This document shows positions 51,270 through 60,933 of a DNA stretch of 64,000 bases, one piece after another. The first letter of the stretch is position 1. Each line of letters begins with the position of its first letter. This stretch comes from Candidatus Bathyarchaeota archaeon (GTDB lineage: Archaea; Thermoproteota; Bathyarchaeia; Bathyarchaeales; Bathycorpusculaceae), in contig CAWGYA010000008.1 in the NCBI GenBank assembly GCA_963826715.1, forward strand, positions 800,001-864,000. The letters are read 5' to 3'. The position numbers and the translations under genes are program-made. The notes under the pieces are model-generated. The model saw only the letters and a list, made by a program, of their open reading frames with translations. It ran no database searches and was not told the DNA's origin.

Positions 51270-52202
51270 ATGTCCGTTTTTGACATTGTCGGAGTTGTCA
51301 AATATGGCAACATGGTGCTTCAAGCATCAACAGTGAAATTTGAAAAAAACAGTAAATTGGTATTGGCTCCTTCGGAGAAGAACATGTATCCTCCGAAGTC
51401 ATTGACGATAATTGCAGATAGAATCGAAGTCGTTGACCACGCAGAAATAACCTATGATTTCGATGGGCTTCCGGGTTTTGACCCTGACACACCTGCCCTG
51501 CCGCAGATGGGGACCGTGCCAAACGCTGCTAACGGCTCATCAATCCCAGGCGAAGGTAGTTACCCACAAGCCATAGACGGCGGACCTGGACATCCCGGAT
51601 CAACAGGACTCAAAGGCATAAATGGACAAGATGCCCCAGAGCTGCAAATATTTGTCGGCGAAATAATTCAAACATTTTCAGATGCAATCAAAGTAAACTT
51701 CAAGGGCCAAGATGGAGGTAAAGGTGGAAAAGGCGGCAATGGAGGCAAAGGAGGAGATGGCCAACAAGGAGCAGCCTCACAAGCAAGCGATTCATGGTAT
51801 GACGGCGATCAATGCGATCGAGAACCAGGAAAAGGTGGAAATGGTGGACGAGGCGGCGACGCAGGATTTCCAGGAAGAGGCGGCTCTGGAGGAACAGGAG
51901 GCGTAATCAAAGTTTTTGCAAAAGCAGCATCTTTACCTGCAGCTCAAGGCTGGACTTATATTGTTAAAGGCGGACGAGGCGGCGACGCAGGTGACCCCGG
52001 GAATAAAGGTGCAGGCGGAAAAGGTGGACCGCAAGGAACTAAGAATGACCCATGTCCCGAACGACCAGAGTATCACGGATCAGATGGCCCCAATGGGCAA
52101 TCTATGGATGATGTTGATACCAATTGGCAACTAACTTACAAAGGCAAAGACGGCGCAGAAGGAGAATCCAATACCTATGAACTCACAGGAGTACCTAACT
52201 AG
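51270..52202 (+). CDS. Glycine-rich (GGx)n collagen-like/polyglycine-II protein 1
   Basis: GGKGGKGGNGGKGGDG and GKGGNGGRGGDAG blocks; no signal peptide. Confidence 0.8.
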   Translation: MSVFDIVGVVKYGNMVLQASTVKFEKNSKLVLAPSEKNMYPPKSLTIIADRIEVVDHAEITYDFDGLPGFDPDTPALPQMGTVPNAANGSSIPGEGSYPQAIDGGPGHPGSTGLKGINGQDAPELQIFVGEIIQTFSDAIKVNFKGQDGGKGGKGGNGGKGGDGQQGAASQASDSWYDGDQCDREPGKGGNGGRGGDAGFPGRGGSGGTGGVIKVFAKAASLPAAQGWTYIVKGGRGGDAGDPGNKGAGGKGGPQGTKNDPCPERPEYHGSDGPNGQSMDDVDTNWQLTYKGKDGAEGESNTYELTGVPN

Positions 52203-52217
52203 GAGGATGATGGTTAA

Positions 52218-53264
52218 ATGATAATAACTCAAATATTCACAGTAACAGGAAACACCGATGTTGACGACGACATTATCTTCTGTCGCAGACTCGAATTCAT
52301 AGGTCCATCAGCACAGCTCGTAATTAAGCCCAAGAAAAACGCTCCTCCAGGAGCACCACGCATTCTAAAGATTGTAGCAAACGTAATCGACTCAACACTA
52401 GCAGGCGGTTCTGGTGAAATAACCTACAACCTTGATGGCGACTACTTCCCTGCAATTGAATTACCGATTGGAGACAGTGGAATAGACCCAGAGACACAAG
52501 CCAAAACAGGAGACGACGGAAAACCCAGCTTCAACCAAGGACCAATCCCTCTACCGGATATTGCATCGCCCAACTTTGACCCCATTTTGGATGCACTAAA
52601 TCTCGGAAATTACCCGAAAGCAACCAACGGCGGAGACGGTGCTACAGGCGGACGAGGCAACAAAGGCGTTAACGGAGTCAATGCCCCCATAGTCGAAATT
52701 TGGACTACAGAAATCGACGGTAAGCTTGTTCTTGACCTCAGAGGACAAAAGGGCGGTATAGGCGGGAAAGGTGGAAATGGAGAATTTGGTGGAAACGGCC
52801 AAAATGGCTCCACTGCTGTTGAAGGCACAGACACCACATGGATAGGCGTTCCAAATCCTGTCTGTAAACAAGGACCGGGACTGGCAGGTGACGGTGGAAG
52901 AGGAGGCAATGCAGGCTGTGGCGGTGACGGCGGTGACGGCGGAAACGGAGGGACTGCAAAGCTTTTCTATACAAACGGAGTAAACTTAGCAAACGTAATT
53001 ACAAACTTGCAAAAAGGCAAGGCCGGTCAGCCTGGTAGCTCAGGAAATCCGGGAAATGGTGGCAAAGCGGGAAAACCCGGCTCCAATCTTCTAACAACCT
53101 GTAACCCAGCACTAAATTCTCTAGACGGTGCCAATGGTGCCTCCTGTGTTCGAGAAGGAGATAAAGGAGGCGGAATTGCACAACTGGGAGCAGACGGATT
53201 AGACGGTCAGTATTTCAAGTATGCGATTAAAGCAATACCTCAAATGCCAGGACTTTGGCCATAG
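52218..53264 (+). CDS. Glycine-rich (GGx)n collagen-like/polyglycine-II protein 2 (paralogue)
   Basis: Same architecture (EITY.LDG, NAP.VEI, RGQKGG, GGRGGNAG); AGGAGG SD. Confidence 0.8.
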   Translation: MIITQIFTVTGNTDVDDDIIFCRRLEFIGPSAQLVIKPKKNAPPGAPRILKIVANVIDSTLAGGSGEITYNLDGDYFPAIELPIGDSGIDPETQAKTGDDGKPSFNQGPIPLPDIASPNFDPILDALNLGNYPKATNGGDGATGGRGNKGVNGVNAPIVEIWTTEIDGKLVLDLRGQKGGIGGKGGNGEFGGNGQNGSTAVEGTDTTWIGVPNPVCKQGPGLAGDGGRGGNAGCGGDGGDGGNGGTAKLFYTNGVNLANVITNLQKGKAGQPGSSGNPGNGGKAGKPGSNLLTTCNPALNSLDGANGASCVREGDKGGGIAQLGADGLDGQYFKYAIKAIPQMPGLWP

Positions 53265-53309
53265 AAACATAACATCAGAAAAAATGGTCGCTTTTGAGAC
53301 CAATTTTTT

Positions 53310-54440
53310 TTATATTATCTTGATACCCTTGTCTCGAATTAGTTTCTTTACGATATTTCCATAAGCAATCGTGCCGCTTATTGCATCTTCAGCCTCTGGA
53401 GTGGTTATATCTCCGCCTAGGATTGATTTTAAGTCTTCAAGTATTTCTGGACATGTTGCATTGACTGATTCTTTGAACGGTTCGAATGGCACGTAGAATG
53501 ATGGTTTTCTCCCTTGGCGTGCTTCTTCGAGCACAACTGGACAGCGTGAAAGTGAGTATGCCCAGAATCTGATGTAGAAATTCGCGTTAGCGAAATCTCC
53601 ATGTTGGATTAACGCTCTTGCAACGAGCTCTCTGAATTCTAATTCCAAAGACGAAAGTGAATATTCAAAGTGCCCCCGAGTCCTGAAATATGTGCCTCGA
53701 AGTTGGCGATCTGCGCATCTTGCAAAAACTTTGTTATATACTCTATGTAGAGCGATTAATGAGTTCGTCGGATCACCATCAATATGCAAATTTGTTCTTA
53801 TCAATCGGTCAAGGTCTGTGTTCGTTTCATCCGTCAAATGTTTAATTTTTGTCATAGGTCTTGATAGTAGGCTCATGGTACTACTTTTTAGGCTATCCGC
53901 AAGAGCCATAGTGAAGTAAGAATGCGAGGTCTGCAGGAAAAAAAGAGCCGCTGGAGGAAAAGCCAAGTTTTTATTCGCTTCTTCAAGAGCTGCATCTCCA
54001 AAGTTGAGTTGATGATGAATTCTTGCAGCCCACGCTTCAATATCGTAAGTATGCTGCTTGACATTTTCAACTACATCCCTTACAGTATCTGATCGCATCC
54101 AAAGATTTTCATATTCTAACAGAAGATGGGGCAAGATTTTGTATCTAACCGCTTCTTCAGAATCAAATACTTTTTCAGCAGGTATCCAAAGTATATCAAT
54201 AAATTTTCGCCCCAGTTTAGTTTGTACGACAATTCGCTCAGGCATCTCTTCCGGTTTTTCCCAGATTGAAATCAGGTCTACATCTGACACTTCAGGGCAA
54301 TCTTCGTCAACAAGTGGTTTTCTCACGAGGATTCCAATAGCGCGGGGTATTAGCAACTCGCATGCTTTTTCTGCTGCTTCGTACAGGGATTCTTCGAGGA
54401 GTTCCCGTTTACTTTGTGAAAGATTACCCTTGATCATCAA
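53310..54440 (-). CDS. Pol-beta-superfamily nucleotidyltransferase-like protein with helical C-terminal region
   Basis: SDVDL and FIDILW acidic motifs; overlaps the upstream gene by 4 nt. Confidence 0.5.
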   Translation of the reverse strand: MMIKGNLSQSKRELLEESLYEAAEKACELLIPRAIGILVRKPLVDEDCPEVSDVDLISIWEKPEEMPERIVVQTKLGRKFIDILWIPAEKVFDSEEAVRYKILPHLLLEYENLWMRSDTVRDVVENVKQHTYDIEAWAARIHHQLNFGDAALEEANKNLAFPPAALFFLQTSHSYFTMALADSLKSSTMSLLSRPMTKIKHLTDETNTDLDRLIRTNLHIDGDPTNSLIALHRVYNKVFARCADRQLRGTYFRTRGHFEYSLSSLELEFRELVARALIQHGDFANANFYIRFWAYSLSRCPVVLEEARQGRKPSFYVPFEPFKESVNATCPEILEDLKSILGGDITTPEAEDAISGTIAYGNIVKKLIRDKGIKII

Positions 54441-55516
54441 TGTGATTTCTCCAAAATTCTTTTCTTATATTGGTTCAAGGCCATAAAAACCGTGGCTGTC
54501 GTGAACAAACGACGGTGGTCTTTGATGACTGCGTTTATTGCCCTTCCGTCGGCATTCCATGATTGTTGATTCCATGGCTCCTTTATCCAAGGGGCGGGAA
54601 TTCTCAAAATGTGATTTGTAGCCCAGCTGCCGTCAGGGAGTTGATTTGCAACGAGCCATTTTATTCCGTTTTTTATCTGGGCGTCGAAAATCATTTTGGG
54701 ATCTGCCAACAACCCGCTTAATGCAAGAGCCGTCGAAAAGGCCCAGCCTGATTCTTGAACTTTTGAATCAGCCCAGCTTCCATCTGACAATTGTGTTTTA
54801 GCAATCCATTTTTGCCCTTTATATATTAGGTTGATATCATCTTTGTTTCCCCTTTTGTTAAGCGCTTCAATGCAGTGGGTGGTTGCATAGAGTTTTCCAA
54901 TCCACCAGTAAGAATTCCAGCAACCTTCAGAAATTTGTCCATTTCTGATATAGCTTAACACTTCGTCGACACCTTTAGATGAACAATTTTCCATTAACGC
55001 TTGAGCTGCAACAGCACTAACACACATTTGAGACGACGCCCAACCCTCAAATGAAACATTGTCATCAATCCTCATGTAACGTCCAACGGCCCTTGGAGCT
55101 GCATACGTTCTGAAACCACCATCAAAAGGACTCTGATGTTTCAATAAGAAATCTAATGCACTCGAGAGCTTTTGTCTGTTCAGACCCTCAAAGTTGGAAA
55201 GGAACAGAAGACACCACGAAGTTGAATCTGCATCCGACGGAACACCATAACCATAACTCCAACCACCATCCAAATTTTGGCATGTAAGAATGTTTACCGC
55301 TGCTTTCTCAAGAAACTTTTTTTCTTCTGATTCTTTTTCAAACACAATTAGAGAATATCCGACATACCCCGAAACCCAAAACACACTTTCCCCAGCTAAA
55401 GTGAGAAAATCGGACCAGAAACCGTCTGCATTGAGGCTTTCACGAAGGAATTTTCGAGCACCCTCAATCGACTTCAGTAAATCTTCTGAGGTGTCAAAAT
55501 TCTCTTTCAGAACCAT
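54437..55516 (-). CDS. Prenyltransferase/squalene-cyclase QW-repeat protein, single alpha/alpha barrel
   Basis: QNLDGGW, QSPFDGGF, QISEGCW, QLSDGSW, QLPDGSW repeats; PSDADST at the DxDD position. Confidence 0.8.
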   Translation of the reverse strand: MVLKENFDTSEDLLKSIEGARKFLRESLNADGFWSDFLTLAGESVFWVSGYVGYSLIVFEKESEEKKFLEKAAVNILTCQNLDGGWSYGYGVPSDADSTSWCLLFLSNFEGLNRQKLSSALDFLLKHQSPFDGGFRTYAAPRAVGRYMRIDDNVSFEGWASSQMCVSAVAAQALMENCSSKGVDEVLSYIRNGQISEGCWNSYWWIGKLYATTHCIEALNKRGNKDDINLIYKGQKWIAKTQLSDGSWADSKVQESGWAFSTALALSGLLADPKMIFDAQIKNGIKWLVANQLPDGSWATNHILRIPAPWIKEPWNQQSWNADGRAINAVIKDHRRLFTTATVFMALNQYKKRILEKSH

Positions 55517-56061
55517 ACTTACCTTGTATTATATAGCGATACTACATATTTATGCAATATGGCGCCCATAAATACTTTTTTGTTAAGGCTGCAACTTTCT
55601 GTTTGATTGCATTGAATTCGCTTAAATAATTAATTGCATCTCATCGAACCCGTCCTAAAAGATTCGTTTATTCCATAAATAGACTCGTGTAAAAGCACTG
55701 GACTTGACCCCGTTCAAGGCTGCACCCCGGCAACCGTGCCAATCTTCCAGTTTAATTCCTTCGTTTTATGTTATTGCGAAACATAGTCTCGCCTTTGCTA
55801 GGTGAAAAGTAATTTCTATAGTTTAGGCGATGGCAAAAGTACATTGCGAAACGGTTATTTCGTTATTTTCTAAACACTGCAAATATTAGGAAATAGAGGT
55901 CTTTTCTTGTTGTCTTGTTAATAAGAAACCATTTCCACTACTAAAACCACAATTCGCTATTGCAGAATTCTCAACAAACCTTTTAGCCGAGCAAGAGAAA
56001 CAAAATAGAAAAGGTTTGCCATTATGAAAGGTACCAAAAGAACAAAGATACTGTTTCCGTA

Positions 56062-56358
56062 ATGGTTTCGATTGCACTTCTAGTTACAGTTTACAGTGTT
56101 TCTGCTTACTCTGTAGCTTCTCTTGTCCATGAATATGACGGCCACTTGGGTTGGGCAAATGCAGGTTCCACATTCCTACCTTGGCCGACAACGCCAACAG
56201 GACCAAATATTTCCGTAATAGAGTTTTTAAACCAAACAGATACCCAATATTATCAATACATAATCCAATCTGGAGTGTTGATTGTCTTAACGATTATCTC
56301 ATGGTTTGCTGTTTTTTGGATAGCCCTTAAATTCAGAAAAACTTCCAAAAGCTTGTAA
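56062..56358 (+). CDS. Small membrane protein
   Basis: Hydrophobic N- and C-terminal segments; start uncertain. Confidence 0.45.
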   Translation: MVSIALLVTVYSVSAYSVASLVHEYDGHLGWANAGSTFLPWPTTPTGPNISVIEFLNQTDTQYYQYIIQSGVLIVLTIISWFAVFWIALKFRKTSKSL

Positions 56359-56661
56359 CTTTTGATAACTCAAGCGAAAAGATGAGGACTTGAAAGCATA
56401 TTCTGGTCGCGGTGAACTCCACTTGTTCATTACTAATGCAAAAGTTTATTCTTTGATAATGCACTCTAACCATTTTGGCTTAATATTAGTGAAATCTAAT
56501 AAACAAATGTTACTTTACTTATTAATCACATACCCAAATTGCTTATCAACTATCACCAATCTGATGATAGCCCAACACTGCTTGTTTCAAGCCTCGATTC
56601 ATACAAGTGTATATACAAAGGATGTAGTAAACAGAGTTGACATATGCAGGATGAATAAGCC

Positions 56662-57438
56662 CTACTGGGTTGTGGTTTGCAGCAGTATCCTTTTTAAAAT
56701 AGTGATTCCGTGAGTTACTTTCAGCTTCTTTTCGCCTAAACGTGCTCTGTAGCAAATAGGTATTTCCTTAATCCTGTACCCCCTTCGTTCCACAAGGTTG
56801 TTTAGTTCGACTTCAATGTCAAAGCTTTCTGATTGTACTAACCATCCCTTCAAAGCTGAAGTGCGTATTACACGTAATCCAGTTAGTGGATCTTTTAGAG
56901 GAACACCGTTAAGCATCTTGTGAAGAAAAGCTAACAACTTATTGCCCGCATGGAAAATGGTGAATAGAGCTTCCTTTTTAACATCTTCAGTGAGTCTGTT
57001 GCCACAAACCATTCCCACAAGAGGATTCTCTTCCATTATTTTTATCATGGCAGGAACATACTGAGCTGGATAAGTATAGTCTGCATCAGTGAGAATAATA
57101 TAATCTATGTTAGGCTCAATGTGCCTAAGACCCTTCGCCAAAGCGTCGCCTTTGCCGATTCCGTCTTGAAAAACAACTTTTGCCCCCATGTTCTTCGCAA
57201 TTTCTACTGTGCGGTCACGACTTCGGCCATCAATTACAAGAACTGGAATTTCTCCTAAAGTGTCTTTCATTTCAGCTATTGTAAGTCCTATTCCTGGTGC
57301 TTCATTTAAAGCAGCAATTACTACCTCAGAAGAGAATCTACTTTGAGGATGCTGAACAAGAATCGTCAATTTCTTCACCAACACATAAGAGTTGCTATAC
57401 AATATATAACACAAATTCTTACTTGCACAATATGTCAA
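56662..57438 (-). CDS. GT2 (DPM1-like) glycosyltransferase
   Basis: IAALNEA, IDGRSRDRT, GKGDA, DADYTYP, FDIEVE, EIPICYRARLG; true start probably later than 57438. Confidence 0.9.
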   Translation of the reverse strand: MTYCASKNLCYILYSNSYVLVKKLTILVQHPQSRFSSEVVIAALNEAPGIGLTIAEMKDTLGEIPVLVIDGRSRDRTVEIAKNMGAKVVFQDGIGKGDALAKGLRHIEPNIDYIILTDADYTYPAQYVPAMIKIMEENPLVGMVCGNRLTEDVKKEALFTIFHAGNKLLAFLHKMLNGVPLKDPLTGLRVIRTSALKGWLVQSESFDIEVELNNLVERRGYRIKEIPICYRARLGEKKLKVTHGITILKRILLQTTTQ

Positions 57439-57539
57439 AAATCAGAATACGTCTCAAAATGCATTGAATAAGGCTGTATTTAGCGAGAAAAAGGTTATTG
57501 AAATTCAAAAACTTCATCTCTTAGTATACCCAAAGATAA

Positions 57540-58265
57540 TTGAGGGTTAATATGAGTGAAATTCTAAAAATTATCCAGCAACGCCAATCAGACCGTATAC
57601 CCTTCGACAAAAATCAATCCCTCCCCAAAGAGCATCTACAAATGATCCTTGAAGCCGCAAGATGGGCACCAACCGCGCATAACATGCAAAACTATGAAAT
57701 AATTGCCATTGACGACCCTACGATGCTAACCAAAATAGGAAACATCAAAGGCTGCATCTCAGAGGAGTTTCTTCTAGAAAACTATTCACAACTCTCCTTC
57801 TCAAAAGAAGAACTTGAAAAGAAAAAAACCGGAATTTTAGCATCAGGATTCCCCCCTGCGTGGGTTGACCCAGCCAAAATGGCTCAGGTCGCAAAAGAAC
57901 CCATATCCATGCCGCTTACCCAATCAATCCAAGGTAGCCCCACATTACTTATCGTGCTTTATGACCCCTCTAAACGTGCACCAGCTTCTGAAGGCGATGT
58001 CTTTGGCTTCATGAGTCTTGGTTGCCTCATGGAAAACATTTGGATCATGGCCACCGCTTTAGGCGTCAAACTACATATCCTAAGTTCCTTTGCAAATCAA
58101 CCCGCCGAGAAAGAACTAAAACAACTCCTCAGCGTGCCCACGCATCTGAAAATCGCTTACGCAATCCGCCTAGGTTACACCAAAACCTCGCAAAATTACT
58201 TGCGAGTGAGACGAACTATAAGGGATTTTGTGCATCACAACCAATTCGGCAAAAAGAGCACCTAG
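57540..58265 (+). CDS. Nitroreductase family protein
   Basis: ILEAARWAPTAHNMQNY, ENIWIMATALG, RLGY. Confidence 0.9.
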   Translation: MRVNMSEILKIIQQRQSDRIPFDKNQSLPKEHLQMILEAARWAPTAHNMQNYEIIAIDDPTMLTKIGNIKGCISEEFLLENYSQLSFSKEELEKKKTGILASGFPPAWVDPAKMAQVAKEPISMPLTQSIQGSPTLLIVLYDPSKRAPASEGDVFGFMSLGCLMENIWIMATALGVKLHILSSFANQPAEKELKQLLSVPTHLKIAYAIRLGYTKTSQNYLRVRRTIRDFVHHNQFGKKST

Positions 58266-60058
58266 CCAATATGTGTGCCCTCTTCCTCTTCAAGCCTCGA
58301 GTTGATTTCTATTCGATACACACGCCAGACATCTTGGCGCGTAACAATACCGATAAGATGCTTTTTATCAGTGACTGAAACAACTGGCAATCTCCCAATT
58401 TGGTTACCTGAGAGTTTTCCTAGAACTGATGAGAGATTCTCGTTAGCATATGTAACCGCAGGATCTTTGGTCATGACATCACCAACTATCTTTTTCGTTC
58501 TCTGGTCTGGATGCATTTGCAGTATGTCCATAGCGGCTATGATTCCGACCAATTCTTCTTTGTTATTAACAACTGGTAAACCTCGAATACCATTTTTCTT
58601 CAAAATCTCCGCAGCTTCAGAGACCAGCATATCTGGTTTCGCAGTTATAACATAGTTACTCATAGCGTCTTTAACCAACAATCTATCAAGGAGAGGAATC
58701 GAATACTCCCCTCTATGTGCTGGAGATTGGGCTCTTGAGGGCAACTGGCTCTTGTAGAGAGTGTGTCGACCAGTAATTACATACGCTATAGCTGTGGCAA
58801 TCATGGAGGGCACCAGCAGTGTATATGACCCTGTCATTTCACTTGCCATTAAAATCACCGCAACAGGCACTTTTCCCACACCGCCAAAAAAGGCCATCAT
58901 ACCAACTATCACAAACACAGCAGAACTAGGCTGAAAATTCGGTATCAAATAATTTAAGGTAGCCCAAACTACAGCGCCAAGCATGCCGCCTATAACCAAC
59001 GCAGGCCCAAAAACACCCCCACTCCCCCCAGAACCGATGGTCAAGGAAGTGGAAATAATTTTTAGCACTATAATGACAGGTAAAATCAGCAACGGTATCG
59101 CGGTAAAGTTACCATCTATTAAAAGTTGAAGCCAACCATACCCCACACCCAATATTTGAGGAAAAAACACCCCGATAAGCCCAATCGCAAGTCCACCAAT
59201 AGCCGGCTTAACAAAATTTGGAACCTTCAACCGTTTAAAAGCATCTTTTATACCATAGAAACTCAAAACATAACCTATACCCAATAAACCACAAGCTAAA
59301 CCCAACAGAGCATAAAACGGCAAGTTAATTGGATCTTGAAAAGAACCCAAATTAACCGTGCCAAAAACAGGAGTCCAACCCTTAACAAACCCTAAAACGC
59401 TATAACCCACCGTGGAAGCTATAAACCCCGGCAAAAGCGCATCTACCTCAAAGTCACTAAAATAAAGAATTTCCGCAGCTAAAATGGCTCCTCCAAAAGG
59501 CGCCTTAAAAATCGCGCCAATTCCAGCACCAATACCCACCGCCAAAGCAATACGGCGATCATGCAAGCTCAAATGAAGCCTTTTACCAATAAATGAACCA
59601 AAACCCGCACCAATCTGTGCTGTAGGTCCCTCTCTGCCCGCACTCCCACCTGACCCAATTGTAATGGCAGACGCCAACAACTTGACAATTGGAGTTCGAG
59701 AGCGAATTTCACCTTTTTTATTATGAAAAGCATCAATGGCAGCATCAGTACCGTGACCTTCAGCTTCAGGTGCAAGCCCAAAAACTATGATTCCACTAAT
59801 CAACCCACCCAACGTAGTAACCATCGGAAGCAAAAACGGATTAAAAGTAAACGTCGGAGCAATTCCCCCCTCTCCCAGCGGCGTAGGTGGAACAAACCCA
59901 ACGATGTTACCTAAAAATAAGTTACTAAAGAAGCTGATAGCGTAATCAAAAACTAATGCACCTACACCGCTGACTATTCCTATTAAAATCGCAATCGGCA
60001 GCCATTTTCTTAAATACTGGATTTCTCCTGAAAAATGAATAGATTTACCTATGCCCAC
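58262..60058 (-). CDS. ClC chloride channel/transporter with tandem CBS domains
   Basis: GHGTD, GSAGREGP, FKAPFGG, GGVFGP, EMTG; C-terminal CBS pair. Confidence 0.93.
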   Translation of the reverse strand: MGIGKSIHFSGEIQYLRKWLPIAILIGIVSGVGALVFDYAISFFSNLFLGNIVGFVPPTPLGEGGIAPTFTFNPFLLPMVTTLGGLISGIIVFGLAPEAEGHGTDAAIDAFHNKKGEIRSRTPIVKLLASAITIGSGGSAGREGPTAQIGAGFGSFIGKRLHLSLHDRRIALAVGIGAGIGAIFKAPFGGAILAAEILYFSDFEVDALLPGFIASTVGYSVLGFVKGWTPVFGTVNLGSFQDPINLPFYALLGLACGLLGIGYVLSFYGIKDAFKRLKVPNFVKPAIGGLAIGLIGVFFPQILGVGYGWLQLLIDGNFTAIPLLILPVIIVLKIISTSLTIGSGGSGGVFGPALVIGGMLGAVVWATLNYLIPNFQPSSAVFVIVGMMAFFGGVGKVPVAVILMASEMTGSYTLLVPSMIATAIAYVITGRHTLYKSQLPSRAQSPAHRGEYSIPLLDRLLVKDAMSNYVITAKPDMLVSEAAEILKKNGIRGLPVVNNKEELVGIIAAMDILQMHPDQRTKKIVGDVMTKDPAVTYANENLSSVLGKLSGNQIGRLPVVSVTDKKHLIGIVTRQDVWRVYRIEINSRLEEEEGTHIG

Positions 60059-60338
60059 TTCATCGTCAGGGTCCTAAGGTATAGTTGAGATAAGCTGCAG
60101 ATTTGCATCCGTTTACCCCATCGGGCTTTTGGCAAGTATGGCAATAAAATTAAGTGTTTCGCATTCTTAAGCAACATTTTAACTTATCACCAATATCCTT
60201 AGCTTCACTTGAACAAAAAACGAAGCCTAAAAACGCTAAAGAAAATAGTGTTTGCTGTTTTTCCGAGCTATTACTAAAATCAAAAAAGAAGGGAACCGAT
60301 TTTAACTCCAATAATCTTCAATTATACTCGAAAAGCAA

Positions 60339-60704
60339 ATGACCATTTTTATCGTAAGAACATATGTTGTCAAACCAGACAAATTCAACGAGCATTTAGC
60401 TTGGGGCAAAAAACTGGTAGAACTAATCAAAAAACAACCAAAAATGTTTAGGGGTGTAACTTCTATGCGTGTTCTAAGCCATAAATATGGGGGAAATGTC
60501 GGCGGTTTCACCGCTATGTGGAAATTTAACTCTTTAGCGGACGCCGAAAAATGGGAACAAGGCTTTATTGAAAATCAAGTAGAAGCAAATTTGCGCTCAG
60601 AATTTTTATCTCTAATTGTGCCCGGCTCCTACTCCGAATGTATTTGGGAACCAGTTCGAACAATTAACCGCAAACAAAAACCTCACCGTAAACCCCACAA
60701 ATAA
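60339..60704 (+). CDS. NIPSNAP/dimeric alpha-beta barrel-like protein
   Basis: RTYVVKPDK..MWKFNSLADAEKW pattern. Confidence 0.6.
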   Translation: MTIFIVRTYVVKPDKFNEHLAWGKKLVELIKKQPKMFRGVTSMRVLSHKYGGNVGGFTAMWKFNSLADAEKWEQGFIENQVEANLRSEFLSLIVPGSYSECIWEPVRTINRKQKPHRKPHK

Positions 60705-60933
60705 ACATCCTCATTTCGTCTGCAATTCATCTGCCGCGGCAAAAATACATGGACCTTCAGAATCTCTGATTAAAGGTAAATGGGTAGAAGAAGAAGAAGC
60801 AACCCCCCACCAGGTCATTTCTTCTATTGAAGAAAAAGAATAGCTTGCGGACTACCCACACAAGGGAATCGCACTAAAAAGCTGGCAGACCCTTCAAACA
60901 CGGAAACTGGAAAGAAATGGAAAAACTCGCAAA

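Larger units (their letters stand above)
50534..55736. mobile_element. Putative tRNA-integrated islet (no integrase seen)
   Basis: 11-bp direct repeat CCCGGCAACCG at the tRNA 3' end (50534-50544) and at 55726-55736 encloses five accessory genes. Confidence 0.4.
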
